Positions 9,635-18,413 are shown, counted from the stretch's first letter. The stretch: DNA of 64,000 nucleotides from an uncultured Candidatus Cloacimonadota bacterium (GCA_964464175.1 CAYXFD010000004.1:73892-137891); one strand, 5' to 3'. Notes: a model not told the origin generated them from the sequence alone. Program-made: numbers and translations.

Positions 9635-10915
9635 CTATAACTGACAAGCCGGTTGCCTCGTTTTAATGAAACAAATCAAGTTCTCAATATCAACGACTTG
9701 CTGACTGCCGTTAGCCATCTTCTTTAACGTTACTGTTTGTTTAGCTAACTCCTCATCACCGATGATGAGTGAGTAATCGGCATTTAGCCGGTCAGCACTT
9801 TTCATTTGCGCCTTTAGCGACGTTTTTTCGATATCAAATTCAACAGAGATATCATTATACCGCAGTTCAGCACCTAATTTCAAGGCAAATTTGGCAGCGT
9901 TGTCTCCCAGGGCAACAAGATAGATAAATGGTGCCGGAATTTTTCCAAAGGAGAGGTTTTCCTTCTCCATAACAGCCAGCAGTCTCTCAAAACCGCCGGC
10001 AAAACCTATAGCAGGAAGATCGTTTCCCCCTAATTCCTTGATCAAAGTGTTATATCTTCCCCCACCGAGCAGGGCATTTTGTGCACCAAGGCTATCAGTA
10101 ACGATCTCAAAGGCAGTTTTGTTATAATAATCCAATCCTCTGATAATGCGGGGATTAACAACAAATTTTATCTTCATTATCTCGAGGTATTCTTTTACCA
10201 GTTCGAAAGCAGTCCTACATTCTTCATCCAGAAAATCGAGGATAGAAGGGGCTGTTTCCGCTATTCTGCGACAGCTTTCGTTTTTACAGTCCAGCAACCT
10301 TTTGGGATTTGTGATCATTCTGCGGCGACAATCTCCACAGAGATCTTGTTCATAACGTCCGAAATACTCCTTCAACTGCTCATCATAAAGGGGAGAGCAG
10401 TTAACACAACCGATGCTGTTGATCTCTAAACGGTAGTTTTTTAGACCGAGTTTTTGAATAAAAGCGACGGCTAAAGAGATTACTTCAGCATCAGAATAGG
10501 GATGATCAGACCCGATAAGCTCAATCCCATATTGATAAAACTGCCGGTATCTTCCTTTCTGCGGTCTGTCATATCGGAACATCGGACCGAGATAATAGAG
10601 TTTGTTAATATTACCGGAACGGTCGAGATTATTCTCCACGAAACTTCTTACGACCGGAGCTGTTCCCTCCGGACGAAGGGCAAAGACTCTCCCCTTTTTA
10701 TCGGTAAACTTATACATCTCTTTTTCGATGATATCGGATGTTTCACCAACAGTTCGTTCGAAAAGCCGGGCGTTTTCAAAAATCGGAGTTACTATCTCGG
10801 AGAAACTGTATAAATCAGCGATTTTCCTGAAGACATTAATAACATATTGCCATTTGTAGCTTATATCGGGCAAGATATCGTAAGTTCCTCTTGGTACAGA
10901 TATTCTTTCAGCCAT
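9635..10915 (-). CDS. hisS: Histidine--tRNA ligase
   Basis: RGTYDILP, FALRPEGTAPVVR, MFRYDRPQKGRYRQFYQ, LLGGGRYN. ATG at 10915 chosen because of GAGGAG 6 nt upstream. Confidence 0.93.
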   Translation of the reverse strand: MAERISVPRGTYDILPDISYKWQYVINVFRKIADLYSFSEIVTPIFENARLFERTVGETSDIIEKEMYKFTDKKGRVFALRPEGTAPVVRSFVENNLDRSGNINKLYYLGPMFRYDRPQKGRYRQFYQYGIELIGSDHPYSDAEVISLAVAFIQKLGLKNYRLEINSIGCVNCSPLYDEQLKEYFGRYEQDLCGDCRRRMITNPKRLLDCKNESCRRIAETAPSILDFLDEECRTAFELVKEYLEIMKIKFVVNPRIIRGLDYYNKTAFEIVTDSLGAQNALLGGGRYNTLIKELGGNDLPAIGFAGGFERLLAVMEKENLSFGKIPAPFIYLVALGDNAAKFALKLGAELRYNDISVEFDIEKTSLKAQMKSADRLNADYSLIIGDEELAKQTVTLKKMANGSQQVVDIENLICFIKTRQPACQL

Positions 10916-11055
10916 ATATTCTCCTCTTTGGAATGACCATTTCATTATTACCGTTTTCTATCTGCGATCAATTATTCTCTGCGGTTATTGCTTCAACAAA
11001 TACTGATCTGAATTGTTCGGCATCACAATGAAATCAATCATTTCTCAGATAAAAA

Positions 11056-11323
11056 GTGTGTGCACCTGCAGTTGATATCTATCCCGTCTGAAAAATGAGG
11101 TAGTTAGCTCGGAGCAAATTATCCGGCGGCACATCGCAAGATCTGCTTATTGCTGCTTCCTTCCGGACCTGACAAGGTTTACAGGTTGCAATTGCGTCGG
11201 GTTTGCTCTTCAACACCACTTATCTCAGCTTCAGGGAGAATCAATATTCGCCTGCAGGGATTCAGCCCCTCTGTAGCGGCTTGAGGGTTACAGGGCACCG
11301 CTGGCTCCCCGCCTAGCACACGC
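11056..11323 (-). ncRNA. ffs: Signal recognition particle RNA, long form with Alu domain (Bacillus scRNA-like)
   Basis: The minus strand reads GUGCUAGGCGGGGAGCCAGCGGUGCCCUGUAACC...GGGGCUGAAUCCC...AAGUGGUGUUGA...UGUCAGGUCCGGAAGGAAGCAGC...GUGCCGCC...CCGAGCUAACU...CUGCAGGUGCACAC. This gives the universal domain IV motif GUCAGGUCCGGAAGGAAGCAGC plus 5' Alu-domain motifs near-identical to B. subtilis scRNA as I recall it. The 5' GUGUGC and 3' GCACAC close the terminal helix. Ends are +/- ~5 nt. Confidence 0.88.
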
Positions 11324-11471
11324 GTTCAATTTCTTTATAAGCCCGATAATTGTCAAGTTCTCATGAAATTCAGTTGTTAATTAACGGCTAACCTGAAATA
11401 CCGTCAGTCTTATGATTATAGATATCTCTTTCAGGAAAAGTGTTGAATTTAGATCTGTTGTTATTCAATGA

Positions 11472-11509
11472 AACGAAGCCTGAATCCCTTCAGGAATTCA
11501 GGCTTCGTT
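11472..11509 (-). terminator. Perfect 14-bp hairpin between the cargo gene and the SRP RNA gene (possible terminator or processing site; no U-tract)
   Basis: AACGAAGCCTGAAT-N10-ATTCAGGCTTCGTT, 80 nt downstream of the stop at 11589. No T-run on either side. Confidence 0.4.
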
Positions 11510-11588
11510 AAGAACTATGGTTACTGGGCTTATCTCTCAACAATAAAAGAGAAAAAGCTCATCTTTGTATTAGAGTTCGGGTTCGACC

Positions 11589-12980
11589 TTATTTCATAAG
11601 AATCATCTTTTTAGTTTCGATTAATGATCCGTTCGATATCCGGTAGAAATATACACCGCTGCTCACTGGACGGTTAGCCTCGTCTCTTCCTTGCCATAAG
11701 ATCTTATGGTTGCCGGCGCGGAGATATTCGTCAGCCAGGGTTTTCACTAACTGTCCCTTGATGTTATAAACCTCAAGGGTTATGAAGCTGTCTTCAGTGA
11801 GATTAAATCCGATATAAGTTTCAGGATTGAAAGGATTTGGATAATTATCGATCATGAAAACTTCAGGACTATTCTGGCTATCTTCTCCGGTACTTCTCTC
11901 TTCTTCGATCCCAATCCCTCTGACGAACAGCGGTAGCATTCCGATCCCGGCAGTTCTGTGACGGACTGCCCCAAAATAATTTCGCGGTTGTTGCGGCAGG
12001 AATTTAACATAGATGGTCTGTGATACAGAACCAGCATCCGGTTCAATATTGAGTACCTGTTGAAATCCGCTATCCGCATCAAAAGAGATCAAATAACCTC
12101 TGGGGGAACGGAGATTAATGTTGGTTACAAGATTTTGACCGTTTAACTCGTAGCTGAGAATAGATTCTTCATCAATGAGTACTTCTCCAAAATACAATGA
12201 ATCAGGGACTAAAGTTAGTTCCGGAGGAAATTCATCGTCCATTACTCCAATTCCGTATAACCTCACAAACTGCTGAGGAAAACCTGCTGTACGATGTCGT
12301 ATCCTGCCGGAGAACTCATGAGGCATAAAGGGGAGAAACTTAACATATACCGTTTCGTTTATCTCTCCGTTGACCGGTTCAATAACAAGCCGGTTTTGAA
12401 AACCGTCATCTTCTTGTAAAGAGACAAGGTAACTCCGGGAAGCATGGATAGCAAGATTAGAAATGAGATCGGAGGCTTCCAAAGAATAGCTAAGGACAAC
12501 CTCTTCTCCGAGCATTACTTCTCCAAAATACAATGAATCGGGAGTTGTTGCTACTTGTGGCGAGCTGTCCGGATCAAATATTCCGATACCATGTAATGCC
12601 ACAAACTGATTAGGAACTCCTAAGGCTCTGTTTCGGACTCTTCCCTGAATAATACCAGGGCGTAAGGGGAGGAATTTTACATAGATAGTAGCAGAAATTT
12701 CTCCATTATCAGGTTCAATAACAATCTGTCTCTGAAACCCTGTTTGTTCGTTCAATGATATCAGGAAGGCTTGTGAGACATGAAGAAAAACACTCGAAGT
12801 TAAATCACTACCAGTCAATGTATAGCTTTGAACAGATTCTTCACCGATCGCAATTTCACCAAAAGATAAAGCCACAGGATTTACCGTAAGAGACGGAGTT
12901 TGTGCGGCAAGATTAGCCGAAAAACCTAACATAACAACAATAACAAGAAACAACCCCAAAGCACTAAATCGTTTAACCAT
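11589..12980 (-). CDS. Secreted protein: signal peptide, 3 tandem ~112-aa beta-sandwich-like repeats, T9SS type-A-like C-terminal sorting domain
   Basis: Signal peptide MVKRFSALGLFLVIVVMLGFSANLAAQ, with GGAGGTGA SD. Repeats carry (A/S)L(S/Y)FGE(I/V)..GEE...SY.L...L......YL(I/V)SL....GFQ....IEP..GE(I)....YVKFLP. C-terminus NYPNPFNPETYIGFNL...LEVYNIKGQLVKTL...WQGRD..N..VSSGVYFYRI...KKMILMK matches the Por_Secre_tail/FlgD-Ig-like pattern. Confidence 0.8.
   Translation of the reverse strand: MVKRFSALGLFLVIVVMLGFSANLAAQTPSLTVNPVALSFGEIAIGEESVQSYTLTGSDLTSSVFLHVSQAFLISLNEQTGFQRQIVIEPDNGEISATIYVKFLPLRPGIIQGRVRNRALGVPNQFVALHGIGIFDPDSSPQVATTPDSLYFGEVMLGEEVVLSYSLEASDLISNLAIHASRSYLVSLQEDDGFQNRLVIEPVNGEINETVYVKFLPFMPHEFSGRIRHRTAGFPQQFVRLYGIGVMDDEFPPELTLVPDSLYFGEVLIDEESILSYELNGQNLVTNINLRSPRGYLISFDADSGFQQVLNIEPDAGSVSQTIYVKFLPQQPRNYFGAVRHRTAGIGMLPLFVRGIGIEEERSTGEDSQNSPEVFMIDNYPNPFNPETYIGFNLTEDSFITLEVYNIKGQLVKTLADEYLRAGNHKILWQGRDEANRPVSSGVYFYRISNGSLIETKKMILMK
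11907..12902 (-). repeat. Three intragenic tandem domain repeats, period 336 nt (112 aa)
   Basis: The FGE(I/V) anchors fall at aa 37-43, 149-155 and 261-267 (spacing exactly 112 aa). The 23-nt string ACTTCTCCAAAATACAATGAATC is identical at 12181 and 12517. Confidence 0.8.
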
Positions 12981-13330
12981 AAATCACCTCCATGGGCAAT
13001 AATATTTTATGACGAAAGAGATGTTGCATTTCTCTCATCAATAGATAAGACAATCATTTTTCGGGTTATCCTGCAAAAAAAATCATATTGTTCTAACCTG
13101 GCGTGTTTATGCTCATCACCATCAATAATGATCTGTCTTTTGTTTACTAAGATTGAGAAAGATTATTGGTGTCAATATTTTTTCCTATGGGATTCCCTGA
13201 CCTGAATTCTATGATACTCCTGATTCGGAAAAATGCAGTCTGATAATGGAGCCACAGAGATAATCAGAGAGTCAAATTAACCACCCTATCTTTTTTCCGG
13301 CAAAGAGATACGAAAAGGAAACTTAAGTGA

Positions 13331-13386
13331 TACCCCTCTTCTAAGTCGTAGTTGGCATAGTCCGACTACGACTCAGAAGAGAGGTA
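13331..13386. repeat. 56-nt palindromic element, copy A (REP/MITE-like), flanked by the 7-bp direct repeat TAAGTGA
   Basis: TACCCCTCTTCTAAGTCGTAGTTGG-CATA-GTCCGACTACGACTCAGAAGAGAGGTA. TAAGTGA occurs at 13324-13330 and again at 13387-13393. About 80% identical to copy B at 42911-42966. Confidence 0.7.
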
Positions 13387-13706
13387 TAAGTGAGGTAAAT
13401 CTTTCTGATCTCAGGCGTTTTAACCTATCTGGGCAGCGGCCGGAGAAGATATAGCGATTGAGGACGGGTATATTTTTTCAGCACTTCTTATGACCTTGCT
13501 GACCGATACATCGCAGGGATGATTATGGTCTATCTTGATCTGCAATGAAAGAGCCGAAAACAATTTATTTGACAGGGAAGGGGAAAATCGGAGAAGTCAA
13601 AAGGAAATCAATATAAGTAGAGAGCGGTTAAATTTTCGTGATTATAGCCCAAAGGAGAGCTTGCGGGGAGTGCGAAAATGGTAGTTCAGATGATATAGGA
13701 GAATAG

Positions 13707-15866
13707 ATGTGGAATATGAGATACCGTAAAATCTGGAAGAAGTGGTATATATTGTTATTCTCGTCCCTTTTGATAGTGTTGGCAGTTATCCTAATTGAGA
13801 AACTTCCTTTTATTGAGGATATGGAGAACAGGGCTCTCGATTACCGTTTTAGAACTTTTTCCCAAGAAGAAAGAGCGAGCCGGGAGATAGTATTACTGAC
13901 AATAGATGATTCCAGTTTGGAGTATTTTATGGAACATGGGATTGTCTGGCCCTGGCCCAGAGACTATTATGCAGAAGTTGTTAATTATTTCGAGCGAGTA
14001 GGAGCAAAAGCTGTTCTATTTGATCTTCTGTTTTACGAACAGGATATTGAGCGGTTTGATGTTGAAGCTGAAGTTACGGACGGACGCTTTGCCCGGGCGA
14101 TGAGTGCCTATGGGAAAGCTGTTCTGGCTGGTCAGATGATGCACGAAGAGATTGCCGTTTCGGACTATTTAGAAAGGTTAAATGTATCGGCGAAGCTTGA
14201 GGGTGATAAGGTAGTAAGGGAATATTCCGGAGTCAGAGCACCAATAGACAAATTCCTGCAAACAACGGGAGAATTGGGAATTATCAATGTCCTTCCGGAC
14301 GAGGACGGGATAGTAAGAAGAATACCAATGTTATACAACAAAGGTGATCTAATTCTGTCTCAATTTGCATTGGCAGGACTGCTTGCTTCCGGTGAAGTTG
14401 AAGAGATAACTTATTATGAAGGTGTTTTTTCTCTTGATGGAAGAGAGATACCGCTCGATAAGGATGGTAATTATCTTATTAACTGGTATGGGAGTGACGG
14501 GCCTCAGGGGAGTTTTACCTATTATCCTTTTAGTGCTGCTATTCAGTCAGCTGTTGCTGACAAAAGAGGGGTAAAAACAACTTTACCGGCAGAGGCTTTT
14601 CGGGGGAAATATGTGATTATCGGAGCTACAGCTCCCGGTCTCAGGGATCTATTGCCGACCCCGGTATCGAAGTATCATCCGGGGGCAGAGTTATGGGCAA
14701 CGGTTTTAAGTAATATTTTGAATGAAGAGTTTGTGCGTCTAATGTCTGATGAATGGCGGGTGATCTACTATCTTCTGCTCTCCTTTTTACTTGTTATTTG
14801 TTTCACCAGAGATCCTTTCAGGAGAGGAAATATTATGGTGGGTTTCATCTTTTTGTCGGTCTTTTTGCTTCCTCTGTTAAGCTGGCATTTTTACCGGCTG
14901 GAGATCAGGATGGTTGCCCCCTTGATAACTGTGGTCTTGTCTTTTATGTACATCACGACTATCAGTTACATCAGTGAAGGTAAAGCAAAGAGAGAGATCA
15001 AGCAGGCATTCGGAAGATACTTACACCCGGAGGTAGTGGAGCATCTTATCGAGAATCCCGAGTTGGTTGACTTTAAGGGCTATGAATACAATGCTACAGT
15101 TTTCTTTACCGATATCTATGATTTTACTGCTTTTTCCGAAAGGAATACTCCACAGGAACTGATCAGATTATTAAATGAGTATTTTGACAGTCTGACAGCT
15201 AATATTCTGGATAATGAAGGTATGCTCGACAAGTTTATGGGGGATGGGATAATGGCGATTTTCGGAGTTCCGGTCGCTACAAATGATCACCCCTATAAGG
15301 CATGTAAAGCTGCTCTTGAACATAAAAAAAGATGGTTGGAGTTAAAAGACAGGATCAAAGATACCGATTATGTCGAGCTCTTTCATCTAAACACCAGAAT
15401 CGGTATTCATACCGGAAATTTAGTTGCCGGTAATATCGGTTCTTCACAAAGGGTGGATTATACGGCAATTGGTGATACGGTTAATCTCGGTTCCCGTCTG
15501 GAAGGAATGAATAAATATTATCAAACTCATATCATCCTGAGTGAAAGCACTTATCAGCGGGTGAAAGAGTTTTTTGTCTGCCGTGAACTCGATTATCTCA
15601 GAGTTAAAGGGAAAAGTGAACCGACCAGGATCTTCGAACTGCTTGCTCTCCGGGGTGAGGGTGAGTTTTCCTGGGTTGAAACTTATCTTAAGGGGCTTCA
15701 ATACTATCGGGAAGGTTTGTGGGACAAAGCTATGGAGATCTTTCACTCTCTGACTGAACCACCTCTGAGTGATAAAGTCTCTAAAATTATGTTTGACCGT
15801 TGTCAGGAGCTAAAGAAAAATTCTCCGATTGATTGGAACGGTATCTATATTTGGGAGGTAAAATAA
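13707..15866 (+). CDS. CHASE2 sensor-domain class III adenylate/guanylate cyclase
   Basis: N-terminal TM, then CHASE2-like ALDYRFRTF...IVLLTIDDSSL...WPWPRDYYAEVVNYFERVGAKAVLFDLLF, then 3 TM segments. Cyclase core: ATVFFTDIYDFTAFSE, KFMGDGIMAIFGVP, IGIHTGNLVAGNIGS, YTAIGDTVNLGSRLEG. AGGAG SD 5 nt upstream. Confidence 0.88.
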   Translation: MWNMRYRKIWKKWYILLFSSLLIVLAVILIEKLPFIEDMENRALDYRFRTFSQEERASREIVLLTIDDSSLEYFMEHGIVWPWPRDYYAEVVNYFERVGAKAVLFDLLFYEQDIERFDVEAEVTDGRFARAMSAYGKAVLAGQMMHEEIAVSDYLERLNVSAKLEGDKVVREYSGVRAPIDKFLQTTGELGIINVLPDEDGIVRRIPMLYNKGDLILSQFALAGLLASGEVEEITYYEGVFSLDGREIPLDKDGNYLINWYGSDGPQGSFTYYPFSAAIQSAVADKRGVKTTLPAEAFRGKYVIIGATAPGLRDLLPTPVSKYHPGAELWATVLSNILNEEFVRLMSDEWRVIYYLLLSFLLVICFTRDPFRRGNIMVGFIFLSVFLLPLLSWHFYRLEIRMVAPLITVVLSFMYITTISYISEGKAKREIKQAFGRYLHPEVVEHLIENPELVDFKGYEYNATVFFTDIYDFTAFSERNTPQELIRLLNEYFDSLTANILDNEGMLDKFMGDGIMAIFGVPVATNDHPYKACKAALEHKKRWLELKDRIKDTDYVELFHLNTRIGIHTGNLVAGNIGSSQRVDYTAIGDTVNLGSRLEGMNKYYQTHIILSESTYQRVKEFFVCRELDYLRVKGKSEPTRIFELLALRGEGEFSWVETYLKGLQYYREGLWDKAMEIFHSLTEPPLSDKVSKIMFDRCQELKKNSPIDWNGIYIWEVK

Positions 15867-17128
15867 TGTTCCGAAGTTTAAGAAATGCCGGATTCATACT
15901 GGCCGCTCTGCTTCTGCTCTCTCTTGCTGTTAGCAGTATTGCAGCTAATGAGCTGACCGTAAAGAGAGAACGGAGTGTAATGCGGGAGGGGCCAGGTTCA
16001 TTCTTTGCAATAGTATCTGAGTTCTCTGTTGGTGAGGTAGTAAACCTTATCGAGGAAGAAGATGATTGGTTTAAGGTCAGTTATCTTAGCCTGGACGGGT
16101 ACATATCACCCCGGATATTAGAGGCAGCTCCACCAAGAACCGACATCTTTTCCAGAATGGCTGACTCCATAGCTGGAACTGAGGCTTCCCGGCATGTGAT
16201 GTCGGCAGGTATCAAGGGGTTTGGCGAGCATTTCAGCCAGACTTTCAAAGGGGATGAGACATTTATTGATTATGCCCTGGACTATTCCATCAACCCCAGA
16301 GAATACCGCCGTTTTAAAAGAGACACTTATCGTGGAATCAATCTGAGAAGGCTCAGAAGAGATGTGTCAATTCCTGTTAGTGATGTACCCGGTTTTTATT
16401 CGGAGGTAGAAGAGGGTTTGGGACTCGGAATCGCTTCTCGTATTGCCAGGTTAGGTTTGTATCGTGACTTTGAAGTTGTTGATTATGTCAATTATGTCGG
16501 AAATCTGGTGGTTGAGGGAAGCGAAGTCTTTGATAATTCCTTTAAGTTTTTCATTCTCGACATTGAGAATCCTAATGCTTATGCCTGTCCCGGGGGGATA
16601 ATATTTATCACGAAAGGGATGCTGAGGGTTATCAGAAATGAAGCTGAATTAGCCTTAGTTCTGGCACATGAAGTAGCACATAGTGCCCGTTTTCACGGAA
16701 TTATTGAGATGGAGCAGCGTCAGCATCAGATAGGCTCAGAACTCGCTTTCGATGAAATGGATCGACATTTTGACGAATTTTTGCCCGATGCGGTTTCACA
16801 GGATGTAAAAGAGTTAATTGAGGAAATGAATCAGGAAGCTTTTAAGATCTTCGAGACCCTGATTCAGGGGAGATTAGATCAATATGAGGAAGAGGCGGAT
16901 TTCCTCGGAATGATCTATGCCGTCCGTGCCGGATATGATCCTCAGGTTTTCCTGAGCCTCCTTAACCGATTGCTCAGTGAGGGACATCTTTCCAACAATG
17001 AACACTACACTCAGGAATCGAACAAAATGAGAAGCGAAAAAATGCAAAGAAACATCAAAAAAATCGATATTCCTTCCGGCTTGCTCATTAACAGTGAGCG
17101 TTATCGGTCAGTTATGATCAGATTGTGA
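15866..17128 (+). CDS. Secreted SH3b-domain M48-family zinc metalloprotease
   Basis: The ATG overlaps the cyclase stop (TAATG). Signal peptide MFRSLRNAGFILAALLLLSLAVSSIAA. SH3b-like VMREGPGSFFAIVSEFSVGEVVNLIEEEDDWFKVSY. HEXXH as LVLAHEVAHSARFH, plus downstream EEEADFLGMIYAVRAGYDP. Confidence 0.82.
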   Translation: MFRSLRNAGFILAALLLLSLAVSSIAANELTVKRERSVMREGPGSFFAIVSEFSVGEVVNLIEEEDDWFKVSYLSLDGYISPRILEAAPPRTDIFSRMADSIAGTEASRHVMSAGIKGFGEHFSQTFKGDETFIDYALDYSINPREYRRFKRDTYRGINLRRLRRDVSIPVSDVPGFYSEVEEGLGLGIASRIARLGLYRDFEVVDYVNYVGNLVVEGSEVFDNSFKFFILDIENPNAYACPGGIIFITKGMLRVIRNEAELALVLAHEVAHSARFHGIIEMEQRQHQIGSELAFDEMDRHFDEFLPDAVSQDVKELIEEMNQEAFKIFETLIQGRLDQYEEEADFLGMIYAVRAGYDPQVFLSLLNRLLSEGHLSNNEHYTQESNKMRSEKMQRNIKKIDIPSGLLINSERYRSVMIRL

Positions 17129-17213
17129 GAAACGGTGTTTCAATAAGAGCGGGATAAAAAACATATCATCAGGATAACTTAACTTAGACAACAGAAGAAG
17201 CGTTTAGCGGAAG

Positions 17214-17582
17214 CTATTCGCTTCTCACAATGCGAAAGCCATAATGATAAGCTGCACTGTTCCGGATGCTTCTGAACCGGTTGGTAGTCCGGCTATGTTT
17301 TTCATCGAAAAACCAGGAACCTCCTCTCAGAACCGATGTATCCCCGGTTTCAGGTCCTCTGGGATTGAAACGGGGACTGTTTCGGTAGTAATTCTCGTCA
17401 TATCTGTCCCAGCACCATTCCCAGACATTACCGCTCATATCATAAATCCCGAGGATATTTGGTTTTTTACTTCCGACAGGATGGGTTTTTTGCCTGGAGT
17501 TCCCATTATACCAGGCAACTTCATCTATATCATCGCTCCCTGAGTAAATCAGGTTTTTGCTGTAGATACCAACTCTGGGCAG
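17214..17582 (-). pseudogene. Remnant of an FGE-sulfatase (SUMF1-like) domain gene: C-terminal half only
   Basis: Stop-to-stop frame gives LPRVGIYSKNLIYSGSDDIDEVAWYNGNSRQKTHPVGSKKPNILGIYDMSGNVWEWCWDRYDENYYRNSP..VLRGGSWF...GFRIVR. The N-terminal half of the domain (the RLPTEAEWEYAARGG region) is absent. A signal-peptide-like segment (KIVPILFFLFRLSLFPLAAQ) lies upstream in another frame with no start codon. Confidence 0.55.
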
Positions 17583-17669
17583 CTAAAGGGAAAAGGGATA
17601 GCCGGAAAAGAAAAAAAAGTATCGGAACTATTTTAGTAAGGAATCCCAGTGTTTATAGGAGCGAAAGAT

Positions 17670-17703
17670 AAAAAAAAGCGAGATGAATAATAATCATCCC
17701 GCT
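17670..17703 (-). terminator. Rho-independent terminator of the lipoprotein gene
   Basis: Minus strand AGCGGGATGA-TTATTAT-TCATCTCGCT followed by T8, 26 nt after the stop at 17729. Confidence 0.75.
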
Positions 17704-17728
17704 TTCAAGATTAGTTTAACAATTAGAC

Positions 17729-18274
17729 CTATTGTCTTTCAAGAACTTTATCCAGTTCATCAAAAGCTTGAGATGCTTTGAACTGGTTGTAAAGAGCTTC
17801 TTCGTTACGGATCTGATTTCTTAAGGTGCGGTTGACCTCGTTTTGAGGGATACTAACCCGGATAAAGGTCTGATATCTTCCGTTGTCCAAGACAAAAGTC
17901 TCTCTTCGGGCTATCTGAGTGCCGCTGAAATTAGCATTAGCAACTACTCTGGCTACACTGCTGGTCAGAGCCAAAACCTGTGGATCCTCTACTCCTGCCT
18001 CTTCGATATAGTTCTTGATCATACTCTGAACATGTGTCTCGACATATTGAGCTGCTTCCTGCATGGCATTGGCATAGGCGGCTTTCTCTGAGGCATTTTG
18101 GCTGACATTCACCGATTGACCATAAGTAAAAACATACTCAGAATCACCTTGCATGCCATACCAATCAGGTTGAAAGACAGCCTGGGGGCTATGCCGGGCA
18201 GATTTTCCGGAAGAACAGGCTGAGAGAATGAACAACCCGATAACTAAGAGAATAACGATACTTCTTACTTTCAT
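17729..18274 (-). CDS. Lipoprotein (possibly LPP20/FlgP-like; function uncertain)
   Basis: MKVRSIVILLVIGLFILSAC lipobox, GGGAGG SD 6 nt upstream of ATG 18274. The Ala/Gln-rich helical core SEKAAYANAMQEAAQYVETHVQSMIKNYIEEAG resembles the LPP20 family. Confidence 0.6.
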   Translation of the reverse strand: MKVRSIVILLVIGLFILSACSSGKSARHSPQAVFQPDWYGMQGDSEYVFTYGQSVNVSQNASEKAAYANAMQEAAQYVETHVQSMIKNYIEEAGVEDPQVLALTSSVARVVANANFSGTQIARRETFVLDNGRYQTFIRVSIPQNEVNRTLRNQIRNEEALYNQFKASQAFDELDKVLERQ

Positions 18275-18413
18275 TTGGTACCTCCCTGAATACATTAGAA
18301 ATTTTTTTCCAACTTTTATTACTCTTCGAATACTGTCTATAAATATTACACTCTTCCGCTCTTCATTGGCTCTATTTCAGAGACAAGATCGTTAGAATGC
18401 TTTTTAGAGTTTT

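Noticed and set aside
11324-11360. TTGACA ... TATAAA upstream of the SRP RNA 5' end as its promoter.
   Set aside because: The spacer is only 11 nt, and the alternative -10 (GAAATT at 17 nt) is poor. I cannot support a promoter call from sequence alone.
11565-11590. tRNA-like T-loop string GGGTTCGACC near 11578.
   Set aside because: No acceptor, D or anticodon arms can be drawn around it. It abuts the stop codon of the cargo gene.
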